IMG/VR virus record: IMGVR_UViG_3300009786_002707
Span: 1-33,177 of that record
Length of the DNA stretch: 33,177 nt
Reading direction: 5' to 3' (one strand)
Origin: a virus
Lineage: Duplodnaviria > Caudoviricetes
Position numbers and translations under genes: made by a program. The notes under the pieces were generated by a model. The model was not told the origin of the DNA. It made no database searches and was given only the letters and a program-made list of their open reading frames with translations. Within the stretch, counting starts at the first letter, position 1, and each line of letters opens with the position of its first letter. This document shows, piece after piece, positions 18,270-26,917 of this stretch.

Positions 18270-20609
18270 TTAAAATTGAAATCCCATTCGTTTTAGAAAC
18301 TCCGTTTTTACCCATTCTTCTATTGAATAGGCCATATCTTTATACCCCAATACGTTAAATTCTCCTCTTCTTAGCTTCTTAACGGACTCTTTGTATAAAA
18401 ATCCTATCATAGCCTCGTGATATAGGGCATGGCTTTCAATCGTAGCAGTTGATATTCTTTTCAAAAACTGATCTCTCACGTAAGTGTCTATTGCACTCGC
18501 AGCTTTTTGCTGGTGATGAACTTTGAAGGGCTTCCCTTGTCTTTGCACTATAAGACGGTCTTCCCTTAAGAGCGCCACTGCATCCCTGTAAAGATGCGCA
18601 TAAAATGCTAGTTCGGTTATACACTCACCGTCAACGGCTTTAAGATCGATAAACTGCTTGATCCTGCCAGTAGCGTCAGGGAAGTCTCTATTGGACTTAA
18701 CTTGGTCTAGAATATTTTCCCCACAGTCACAATCGCAGTCGTCACGTACTTCTCGGGGTTGTTCGGGGACGGGGGCTGGATCATCTTTGAGAACTTTTCT
18801 GGACACTTCGTCTAGAACCACATGAACTTTGTGAACTTTGGGAGGGACCACTGGCACCGGCCGGGAAAGCCCTTCCGTTCGTTGTTCCCCCAGTCTTCTT
18901 TCCAGACTATCTACTTTCTGTCCCACTACGCCTAGAGCTTTGTCAAGCTTGTCGTCTAAAATACTTGTCATTTTGTGCTCTAGAAAGTCTGCTAGAGCAT
19001 TCATATCTGGCTGGACCTGATGCTTCGAGATGGGCTCCTCTTTCTCAAGGGGCTCCTCTTTCTCAAGGGGCTCCTCGACAGGAGGAACGGGGGCTATTTC
19101 GTCTCCACCCACTAGATCTTCTACTACGTCCTTCACTTTTTCCTTACCTCTTAGCTTCCAATAAAGAGAAAATATCCACAACAAGATGCCCCCCAGTCCT
19201 CCGCTTAACCAGCCAAAACGGTTCCTTTGAACTGTTACCTCTTCCACCCCAGCTTTGGCATCGCTCTTTAAGTTTTTAATAACCAATAGACTTCCTTCAA
19301 GCTCTTTATTCTTTTGGGCAAGATTGCCATTCAGGGAGTTTAAAGAGGAGGTGTGACCGGAGATCTCTGCTTCAAGCTTATCAATCTTTCCCCTGTTTCC
19401 TTCAGAATCTTGCTTTAGAGACTCAATCTCTAAGAGCTTAGACTTGATAGACTCGTTCAGCGTACTGATTGTCCCCTCTAATTCTACCCTCTCCTTTTCG
19501 AGCTTAGAGATTCTTTGCTCAAGGTCTGTTATGCGACCATCCGATTCATTAGGGGTGTAATTGGGAGGTACTTTTCCAAAGGGGTTCTGTCCCTCTCCAT
19601 CTCCTCCGGGGGATCCATCAGGATTATCGTTCGGATCAGGGAAGGGAAAGTCATCGGTATCGGGATTACTAGGAGGAGGTTTGGGGTTTTGAGGAGGTAT
19701 AAAGGGGGGACAAATACCGAAGGGGCAGTCTATATCTAGAAGGACATTCCATTGAACGATACTAACATTTTTATGCTCATTAGGTATAGTTGCCGACTTC
19801 CACTGTATTCCCTCTTTAAAAGTTTGGAGATAGTGGTAGCCGTTAGATGCGAGGGCATAATATACACGCCTTCTTATGGTCTTTCCCTCTAGCCTTTTTG
19901 CTTTGGTGGTAGAGGGCTCACCCGCAAACTTCCAAGTTGAAGGAATTTTATCAAATTTGTTTTCGTTTACCTCTCCCCTGATAGCCCTCCAGAAATTAGA
20001 AATATGTATCGCGCCACCCTTGTTCTCATCCACTCTCCATGTAAGCACCGCTGCGAGGTGAGTATTCCCCTTTATCATCGTGTAAACACCAGATCCGCTC
20101 TGACCGCCTAGGGGTGGGGGCGTAAAAAGAACTCGACTTTGTGAGCTAGTAGAAAGAGCGTGGCCCTCCCATAGCTGTAACCACCGGCCTTGAGGGCATC
20201 CGGCAGACGCAATGTAGTCGTCTTTGTGGACTATGTGAGTAGCGGGGGCTAGCGGAACGATACGAGGGGGCATACTGCCAAAAAGGGACTTGGGTATTCT
20301 GATAATGGCAAAGTCAAGCACTCTCTGCTCAGAGTAGGCTCTCCAGATCACTTCACCAGCAAGAGGGGAGGTCTTGCGACCGTATCTAAAAAATTCGCAT
20401 GTAGCACGACGACTATTACCAACAACGTGTGCATTAGTTAGCACATAAACAAACTGCTTGTCTTGTGCTATTGACGTGCCACTTCCTCTAGCCTCCTCTG
20501 CATTAACTCGGCAGGAGGCTTCCCCTATTTCATTTAGGGTTAAAAACTTTGCCGAGGCGGGAGAATATAAAAAGAAGAATAGGAAAGCTGAAAGAATTAC
20601 ATGTCTCAT
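18270..20609 (-). CDS. Membrane-anchored multidomain trypsin-like serine protease
   Basis: Signal peptide; TNAHVV, DFAII, GGQSGSG; Pro/Asp linker; long coiled coil; transmembrane segment WLSGGLGGILLWIFSLYW; C-terminal helical domain. Confidence 0.85.
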   Translation of the reverse strand: MRHVILSAFLFFFLYSPASAKFLTLNEIGEASCRVNAEEARGSGTSIAQDKQFVYVLTNAHVVGNSRRATCEFFRYGRKTSPLAGEVIWRAYSEQRVLDFAIIRIPKSLFGSMPPRIVPLAPATHIVHKDDYIASAGCPQGRWLQLWEGHALSTSSQSRVLFTPPPLGGQSGSGVYTMIKGNTHLAAVLTWRVDENKGGAIHISNFWRAIRGEVNENKFDKIPSTWKFAGEPSTTKAKRLEGKTIRRRVYYALASNGYHYLQTFKEGIQWKSATIPNEHKNVSIVQWNVLLDIDCPFGICPPFIPPQNPKPPPSNPDTDDFPFPDPNDNPDGSPGGDGEGQNPFGKVPPNYTPNESDGRITDLEQRISKLEKERVELEGTISTLNESIKSKLLEIESLKQDSEGNRGKIDKLEAEISGHTSSLNSLNGNLAQKNKELEGSLLVIKNLKSDAKAGVEEVTVQRNRFGWLSGGLGGILLWIFSLYWKLRGKEKVKDVVEDLVGGDEIAPVPPVEEPLEKEEPLEKEEPISKHQVQPDMNALADFLEHKMTSILDDKLDKALGVVGQKVDSLERRLGEQRTEGLSRPVPVVPPKVHKVHVVLDEVSRKVLKDDPAPVPEQPREVRDDCDCDCGENILDQVKSNRDFPDATGRIKQFIDLKAVDGECITELAFYAHLYRDAVALLREDRLIVQRQGKPFKVHHQQKAASAIDTYVRDQFLKRISTATIESHALYHEAMIGFLYKESVKKLRRGEFNVLGYKDMAYSIEEWVKTEFLKRMGFQF
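19032..19076. repeat. In-frame 18-bp tandem repeat, 2.5 copies
   Basis: GGGCTCCTCTTTCTCAAG x2 plus GGGCTCCTC, encoding EEPLEK-EEPLEK-EEP. Confidence 0.9.
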
Positions 20610-20636
20610 GGTGCCACCTGCTCGTAATAGAATTCT

Positions 20637-20789
20637 TCATTCCGATGTGAAATACTTCTCTTTCCTCATAAAATCTTCAATTATTCCTTCTATGGAAGAG
20701 AGGCTTTCGGCCTCCGAGATATGACTCCCTTCAATCTCCTGCGAATTAACGTAGTCCAGTATGTCTTCCGCCAAATCGCGATACTTCAT
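20637..20789 (-). CDS. 50-aa acidic hypothetical protein
   Basis: MKYRDLAEDILDYVNSQEIEGSHISEAESLSSIEGIIEDFMRKEKYFTSE* fills the gap between its neighbours. Below the ORF-track cutoff. Confidence 0.6.
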   Translation of the reverse strand: MKYRDLAEDILDYVNSQEIEGSHISEAESLSSIEGIIEDFMRKEKYFTSE

Positions 20790-20801
20790 ATTTGCTAAGC
20801 T

Positions 20802-21482
20802 CTAAACGTTAAACCATTCTTGGCCGGGGCCAATGTCTTTGATATCATGAACGTGCTTCTCTGCAATAATTACTTTTCCATCTCGAATTTCGTGAACATG
20901 ACTGCCCCACTCAGAAACAATTATATCTCCAAAGCTAGTACGGGCTTTCGATGTATACTTATCTCCCGGCTTAAACGTGTGGAAGTGCCCATAGCCATCC
21001 CGATCCATAACCATGGAAGTGGTTCGATAGCCTTCATAAATTGCGGACGAAGAGTCAACCTCTACACCATCCTTAGGCACACATTTTTCTGTCTTCTTAT
21101 CAAATACGTGGTCTTTAGGACAAACGGGACCGCCCTTTTCGTAGTTCTGAGGCTTCATGCCAGAATCGTGCTTAGCCTCGGAGTCATCCTTCTTCTTCTT
21201 TCTATCGGACTTGGCCCAGTAGGAGAATAGGAGGGCGGATGTGGCTACTATGGCTGTTGAAGTATAGCCTTCGTTGTACATCCAGTCTGCGACTACTTCG
21301 ATTTCTTTTTGAGAAAGCTCGACCCCTGCCTCTCTGGCTTTCTCGGAGAACTTTTCGGGGCCTTCAATAGCGATTCCCTGCTTGACGGCCTGCTTCTTAG
21401 CATCTTTGCCAGTGTAGCATTTGCCTTCACTGCCCCACTGCCAACCCTTCTTACCGTCAACTACGCACTTCTGTAAAGGCAT
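20802..21482 (-). CDS. Hypothetical phage protein with Cys pairs and His-rich (HxH) C-terminus
   Basis: GGAG RBS before MPLQKC; GWQWGSEGKCYTG; GHFHTF, SHVHEI, KHVHDI. Confidence 0.75.
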   Translation of the reverse strand: MPLQKCVVDGKKGWQWGSEGKCYTGKDAKKQAVKQGIAIEGPEKFSEKAREAGVELSQKEIEVVADWMYNEGYTSTAIVATSALLFSYWAKSDRKKKKDDSEAKHDSGMKPQNYEKGGPVCPKDHVFDKKTEKCVPKDGVEVDSSSAIYEGYRTTSMVMDRDGYGHFHTFKPGDKYTSKARTSFGDIIVSEWGSHVHEIRDGKVIIAEKHVHDIKDIGPGQEWFNV

Positions 21483-21512
21483 TGCTCTTCTCCACACATT
21501 CTATTGTAGGTT

Positions 21513-22517
21513 TTAGGGGAATGTTCCGCTATCTTTTATACACCGAATAGGGCCTTGGTTAATAATTTGACTTCCCTCATCGTCGAAAGTGAAGTCTACT
21601 ACGGATTTAGAATTCCGAGAAACAAACTGTTTTTTCATCCCCTCTTTCAGAATACACAGGATAAAGCCAGATCCCCCGGTTCCCAGTAGCTTTCCCCCTA
21701 TCATTCCCTGATCTTGTAAGTCCTCATAAAGAGATTCAATCTCAGGGGAAGAAATTAGCGGAGAAATCTTCTTTTTCTCTGTCCAGCCTTGATGTAGAAG
21801 GGCGGCGATTTGATCTATATCAGCCTTTTGGAAAGCTTCGTAGGCCTTGCGGGCTATGCTATGTATTTTTCTTTTTGCTGATTTTGTTTTTGTAGAATCA
21901 TGAGATTTAGCTATCTGAAAGGACTTTCTTTTGCTTCCCGTATAAAATAATACACACCTGTCTAAAAAGCTTTCTTTAAATTGCTCGCTTACGGGAAGGG
22001 GTTTAACTTCAAAAGACCCATTAGTTGCTATGTCAATGGAGTTTAATCCCCCATAGGCCGCCCATATTTGATCCTGTATACCTCCCGGTTCCTTTAACCG
22101 ATTACGTTCAATTTCTATAGCGGTTTGTGCTAAATGTTGTTGAGAGAATGACTGATTTTTCATCTCGCAGATAGCATTAACTAGACCCACTATGAAAGAA
22201 GAAGAAGATCCTATGCCCGTCTGAGAAGGAAGGTCGCAGAGGTGGTGTATCTCAACTCCGTATTTTATGTTGAAATACTCAAGGGCTCCACGCACGCCAT
22301 TGTGTTCAATAGAAGAGTTTTTAGAAACTTTTTCAAGCTTTGAGTAACTGACGGCGGTCTTATAGTTAAATATCCTAGGAGTTTTTCTTAGATTAAGGTA
22401 ACAATATTTGTCTATAGCGAAGCCCAAGATTAAGGACCCATTCTTCTTATAGTAAGAGGGGTAATCGGTAGAGCCTCCGAATAGAGAGACTCTAAATGGT
22501 GTTTTGGAAATAATCAT
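21513..22517 (-). CDS. hddA: GHMP sugar kinase, HddA-like (heptose-7-phosphate kinase family)
   Basis: KTPFRVSLFGGSTD, DLPSQTGIGSSSS, GIQDQIWAAYGG, GGKLLGTGGSG. Confidence 0.85.
   Translation of the reverse strand: MIISKTPFRVSLFGGSTDYPSYYKKNGSLILGFAIDKYCYLNLRKTPRIFNYKTAVSYSKLEKVSKNSSIEHNGVRGALEYFNIKYGVEIHHLCDLPSQTGIGSSSSFIVGLVNAICEMKNQSFSQQHLAQTAIEIERNRLKEPGGIQDQIWAAYGGLNSIDIATNGSFEVKPLPVSEQFKESFLDRCVLFYTGSKRKSFQIAKSHDSTKTKSAKRKIHSIARKAYEAFQKADIDQIAALLHQGWTEKKKISPLISSPEIESLYEDLQDQGMIGGKLLGTGGSGFILCILKEGMKKQFVSRNSKSVVDFTFDDEGSQIINQGPIRCIKDSGTFP
21536..21544 (-). promoter_or_regulatory. GGTGTAYWA putative phage promoter
   Basis: GGTGTATAA inside the 3' tail of the kinase gene, about 55 nt before ATG 21482. 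Confidence 0.5.
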
Positions 22518-23449
22518 TAGTAATTGTTAAGCTGAAGCTCACCTTTGTCAGGATCGAACGCGCAAAACTGCACTATCTCCTTAATACCCCTTCTTAAATC
22601 TATTTTTGGACTATACCCAAGATCATATAGCTTCTGACTGCTGACAATATAGTCTCTTTTATCGGGATCTGTTCTGTATGAAACCGGAACATAGGAAGCT
22701 CCCGTGACCTCACAAATGATATGGGCTAGGCTTTCTTTAGTCATATTGATGGAGTCATTCCCTAAATTGTAAACATTTCCTTTCATGCGATCTCTATTCT
22801 GCACCGCAAAGGCAAAGCCGTCCGCAACATCTTTGACATGAATATAATTACGGCGAAAGTGTCCATCGAAAACTTCCAGCCTCTTGTCTCTATGGGCTAT
22901 CATGGTGAGATTATTCACTAGTAGGTCCATCCTCGGCCTATAAGACCAACCAAAAACGGTTGCTAACCGGAAGGCAATCGTGTTATCATAGTTGTTAAGC
23001 AGAAGCTCTTCGGTCTGTTGTTTGGTTTTTCCATAGAGGGAAATAGGAGAAGTGGGAGTTTCTTCCGTGCAGATGTTCTCTCCGGTGCTTCCGTATCCAG
23101 AATTCGTATTAGGATAGATGACAAGCTGGTTGTCTAAATAACTAAGAAGCTTTTTAAACCAAAGATAATTTAATTCCGACGCAAGGTCCGGTTCCTTTTC
23201 GCAGAGGGGAGCTCCTACTAATGCGGCAAGGGGAATAATTACGTCTGCTTTTTCAATCTCTCTCTTTAGAGTATCACTCCAATCCAAAATACTTTCATTC
23301 AAAAAACGAAAGGATTTCAGCAACGGATAGACTGTCGCTCCCTGATTCCAATATAGATTATCGAATACTGTAATGGAGCCGGGGCGATTACTGCTGAGAA
23401 GGGAGGAGCCAATATAGCCAGCACCGCCCGTGATAAGGATCTTTTTCAT
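22517..23449 (-). CDS. NAD-dependent sugar epimerase/dehydratase (extended SDR)
   Basis: ITGGAGYIG, LAALVG, YGKTK, FRLATVFG, RNYIHVKD. Confidence 0.92.
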   Translation of the reverse strand: MKKILITGGAGYIGSSLLSSNRPGSITVFDNLYWNQGATVYPLLKSFRFLNESILDWSDTLKREIEKADVIIPLAALVGAPLCEKEPDLASELNYLWFKKLLSYLDNQLVIYPNTNSGYGSTGENICTEETPTSPISLYGKTKQQTEELLLNNYDNTIAFRLATVFGWSYRPRMDLLVNNLTMIAHRDKRLEVFDGHFRRNYIHVKDVADGFAFAVQNRDRMKGNVYNLGNDSINMTKESLAHIICEVTGASYVPVSYRTDPDKRDYIVSSQKLYDLGYSPKIDLRRGIKEIVQFCAFDPDKGELQLNNY

Positions 23450-24573
23450 AGGGAATCTAGTGCCTCCTTCAGGGCGACTTCTACTCTAAGGATGTCTTCT
23501 TCCGATAGATATTGATGACACCCAATATGGATGCCGTTTTCTCCTATCCACTCGGCGTTAGGGAAGTCTCCAAGGGAATATCCCATATCGGCAAAGGCAG
23601 CGTGCTGAGTTGGAATTGAGCCAAAGTTTCTCTTCCAGTGGATGTCATGGAGATCGAGACTTTCAATAACCTTTTGTATATCTCCTTCTTTCTTGGCGGT
23701 TATGCTAAACCCATGGGGACAGTTGTGGTCTCTAGCTTCTTCTTCGGAGAACCAGACTAAATCGTCAAATCCTAGGCATGCCATTCGGAATCTATACATG
23801 GTCTTTTTACGTGTGTTGAAAGTCTCCCAGAAAGTCTCTATACCTTCCAGTCCAAGGCTCGCCTCAAGATCATTCATCTTAGAGTTGATTCCGGTCCTCT
23901 GGTGATCGAAGTATAGTGAGTCAAAGGGTCTGCCATGAGATCTGGTTGAACGGAGAACTTCTGCAATCGTTGCGTCATTAGTAGAAACCATCCCTCCCTC
24001 ACCACAACAAACTAGGTGAGCGATATAGAAGCTAAAACATGTCATATCTCCAAAGTGGCCTATTCTCTCCATCTTGTGGACTGCTCCATGAGCCTCACAT
24101 GCGTCTTCAATAAGTCTAAGATCATGCCTTTGTGCAATCTCAACTATCTTTGTCATGTCGCATGGTCTTCCCATTGTATGGACTACCATGATCGCACGAG
24201 TTTTGTCTGTGATTGCGTCTTCTATCTTTGAGGGATCTATATTTAGGGTTTCTTTTTCTACATCTACAAATACAGGAGTGAGCCCCGCCATCCGAACTGC
24301 ATTTGACGTAGCGATAAACGAAAGGGCAGGGACGATGACCTCGTCTCCCCGTGTAGCATCTGCAATATCGTAAAGAGCAAGGCATGCATTTATACATGCG
24401 TCGGTTCCGGAGCTAACTGCAATGCTGTCTTGATAGTCAAAGAGATGGCTCCATTGATTCTCAAAAGCCCTGACTTTTGGCCCCATAGAGGCCCAGTTAG
24501 TGTCGCACACATCGCTTAGGTGGGCCCTAGCAGTATCCCCTATTCTAAGCTCTCCGAATTCTATTCTATTCAT
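23446..24573 (-). CDS. DegT/DnrJ-fold PLP enzyme, His-type (ColD/RfbH-like sugar 3-dehydratase)
   Basis: VSSGTDA, GDEVIVP, EDACEAHG, FSFYIAHLVCCGEGG with His at the Schiff-base Lys position. Confidence 0.85.
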   Translation of the reverse strand: MNRIEFGELRIGDTARAHLSDVCDTNWASMGPKVRAFENQWSHLFDYQDSIAVSSGTDACINACLALYDIADATRGDEVIVPALSFIATSNAVRMAGLTPVFVDVEKETLNIDPSKIEDAITDKTRAIMVVHTMGRPCDMTKIVEIAQRHDLRLIEDACEAHGAVHKMERIGHFGDMTCFSFYIAHLVCCGEGGMVSTNDATIAEVLRSTRSHGRPFDSLYFDHQRTGINSKMNDLEASLGLEGIETFWETFNTRKKTMYRFRMACLGFDDLVWFSEEEARDHNCPHGFSITAKKEGDIQKVIESLDLHDIHWKRNFGSIPTQHAAFADMGYSLGDFPNAEWIGENGIHIGCHQYLSEEDILRVEVALKEALDSL

Positions 24574-25021
24574 GAATGTAATCTCTATGATGTAGGCGTG
24601 TCTTTTCTATAAGGCAGCTTGAAGAATATCTCTTTTCATCACCAAGCCCGTAAATGAGAACAATTCCATTAGCCTCACAAAATTTTACCTCGGGGATGGC
24701 TGATGTATGGGGAGATCTATCTCCTCCGTTCCCAAAAAAAATCTTATGATCTCGGTGATCGATCTTTATTTTCTCTAAACTTTTAACTACAGTTCCATCG
24801 TCGTCAATAGCTAAGAGAGCCTCGTCTACCCCCTTGATGTTTCTGACTATTTCGCACCTAGCCCATTCGTCTAAAAAGGGTAAGCTCCCCTTTCTTTTGA
24901 CCTGTTCGTCGCTGTTGACTATCACTATAAGCTTCTCAGCATACTCTTTGGCATCTAGTATCAAGCTAATATGGCCCGGATGAATAGGATTGAAATATCC
25001 GGACAGGACTATAACACTCAT
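24566..25021 (-). CDS. HIGH-superfamily cytidylyl/adenylyltransferase (TagD/RfaE-II-like)
   Basis: SGYFNPIHPGH, VIVNSD, NGGDR, SSS. ATGA overlap with the upstream gene. Confidence 0.88.
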   Translation of the reverse strand: MSVIVLSGYFNPIHPGHISLILDAKEYAEKLIVIVNSDEQVKRKGSLPFLDEWARCEIVRNIKGVDEALLAIDDDGTVVKSLEKIKIDHRDHKIFFGNGGDRSPHTSAIPEVKFCEANGIVLIYGLGDEKRYSSSCLIEKTRLHHRDYIHE

Positions 25022-25956
25022 GCTTCCGCCCCCACATATTTGCCCCACCAGCTACCCTTGTCGGTGTCGTTAGATGACATATCAATAAGCCGTTCCGTAA
25101 GTTTTTCTATTTCCACAGGAGTTGCCTTTTTCATAAAAGACTCCTTCTCTTGCAATTTATACTTAACCCATTTTATTTGTTTGATAATAGCATAGTCTAA
25201 TGCGATATCGTACTGTTTGGCGCCTACGACCGACCAGTCAGTGTTGTCTATAGGCTTGCCGGAAGTAACCTCATCAGCGCCAGCCTGCGTACCATTGTAG
25301 TGCGAAACTAGCTCACACTTTATTTGACTACTCAGGTCAATTTGAGAATTAAATAAAGTGTTAGAAAATATCTGCTGCACATACTGATCTCCTCCAGAAA
25401 AAACAATCTCTTCGGGAACGAGGCCTCCTAGTATGCCAACGGCCTCTTTAGTAAGGGCGACCAGTGAGCAATAGGGGAAGGGCTTGGCATTCTCGGGCAG
25501 AAGGGTATCTTCATCGTCATCAAGTAATACTTGGAAATAAGAGTGGCGATGCTCTCGCCGGTGTGAGCTTACCGCCTCCAGTATTATTCTGTCGAAGTCC
25601 TTTGTTTTTATTATGTAATCATTCGTAAGCCCAAATACAACATTCCCGCGAGATTGTCTAGCTATAGGATTCCAGTAGTCCCTGTGTATGTTTCTCCTTT
25701 CATAATGGGTGATTACTCGACCGGCTACCTTTGAACATTCTTCGCATTTCGGCAGGCGTACCTTTTGATGAATAATATCGTAGGCAGGGTACTTTCTTAT
25801 ATACTCTTCCATAAACACATGGCTTTTTGAATCATTCACATCGGTAGCCACGATGTGTTCAATGCTGTAAGGGTCATGTGCATTTTCCCAGATGGAGTCT
25901 ACTACTCTCTGAAATATTTCTTGTCTCCCTTTGGAGGCCGTTACAATAGACAGCAT
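25018..25956 (-). CDS. GT-A (family 2-like) glycosyltransferase, paralogue 1
   Basis: LSIVTASKGR, IEHIVATD, WNPIAR..G.VVFGLTNDY, GGD, H. GGAG RBS fits ATG 25956. Confidence 0.7.
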   Translation of the reverse strand: MLSIVTASKGRQEIFQRVVDSIWENAHDPYSIEHIVATDVNDSKSHVFMEEYIRKYPAYDIIHQKVRLPKCEECSKVAGRVITHYERRNIHRDYWNPIARQSRGNVVFGLTNDYIIKTKDFDRIILEAVSSHRREHRHSYFQVLLDDDEDTLLPENAKPFPYCSLVALTKEAVGILGGLVPEEIVFSGGDQYVQQIFSNTLFNSQIDLSSQIKCELVSHYNGTQAGADEVTSGKPIDNTDWSVVGAKQYDIALDYAIIKQIKWVKYKLQEKESFMKKATPVEIEKLTERLIDMSSNDTDKGSWWGKYVGAEA

Positions 25957-26007
25957 CACCATTCTCCATTTTATTAAATTAGCTTAAGATATTCATCAGA
26001 CAATCTA

Positions 26008-26898
26008 TCACCTTGGTATCGATAGCTCAGAGTCTCCATGGTTAAACAGACCTCTTCCGTCACAGGAAAGGTTAACAAGATTTAACACTGATAGTTCCCC
26101 TTCTCCATCAGGTTCACCAAGGGGGAGGGGGTCCTTCAGTCTCTTATTAACCCATTTGACCTGTTTCATTATTGCATAGTCTAGGGCCAGATCGTACTTT
26201 CTCTCTGCAACCGCTCTCCAATCGGTCGCTTTCAGGGGTTTAGACAAGGTGACATCATCGGCCCTCTCCTGCTTTCCTGTGTAGTGTGAGATGCTCTCAG
26301 TTTTTATCTCTTCTCGTAAATCAATCTGAGATGGGATAAGACTATGGGCAAACACATGATTCACGTACTGGTCGGCTGAAGAAAAAATAATTTCGCTAGG
26401 CGCAATTCCATCTAAAACTCTAGTGGCAGCTTGGCTTAAGACTAGCAAACCACAGAAGTCAAAGGGCTTTGCAGATTCCGGTAAAACGCTTTCGTCGTCG
26501 TCGTCTATCAATATTTGGAAATATGAATGGCGATGTTTTATCTTGTGATCCTCTGCTGCCTCAAGCATTATTTTATCAAAATGCTTGGTTGTTATAATAG
26601 CATCGTTTGTCAGGCCAAAAATAATTTCCCCTACAGATTCACGCGCCAAAGGGTTCCAATAATCTTTATGAATATTTCTGTATTCATAGGGCTCTATTTG
26701 GATTTTTTGATGGGAGATTCTACATTCGGAATACGTCTCCATGTATTCCTTAATGAACGGATTCAGTTCTTCATCATCATGGTCCGTGGCTATAAGATGC
26801 TCAATATTATCTTTATCATGGCAGTTTGCCCAGATACTCTCGAAGGATCTCTGAGATATATCCTTCCTTCCCTTGGCGACAGTTATAATGGACAGCAT
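26008..26898 (-). CDS. GT-A (family 2-like) glycosyltransferase, paralogue 2
   Basis: Same motifs as its neighbour; AAGGAG RBS. Confidence 0.7.
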   Translation of the reverse strand: MLSIITVAKGRKDISQRSFESIWANCHDKDNIEHLIATDHDDEELNPFIKEYMETYSECRISHQKIQIEPYEYRNIHKDYWNPLARESVGEIIFGLTNDAIITTKHFDKIMLEAAEDHKIKHRHSYFQILIDDDDESVLPESAKPFDFCGLLVLSQAATRVLDGIAPSEIIFSSADQYVNHVFAHSLIPSQIDLREEIKTESISHYTGKQERADDVTLSKPLKATDWRAVAERKYDLALDYAIMKQVKWVNKRLKDPLPLGEPDGEGELSVLNLVNLSCDGRGLFNHGDSELSIPR

Positions 26899-26917
26899 GC
26901 TAACTCCTTCTCTCGTT

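Noticed and set aside
19032-19076. Direct repeat as a CRISPR or attachment site
   Set aside because: There are no spacers. It is an in-frame coding tandem repeat.
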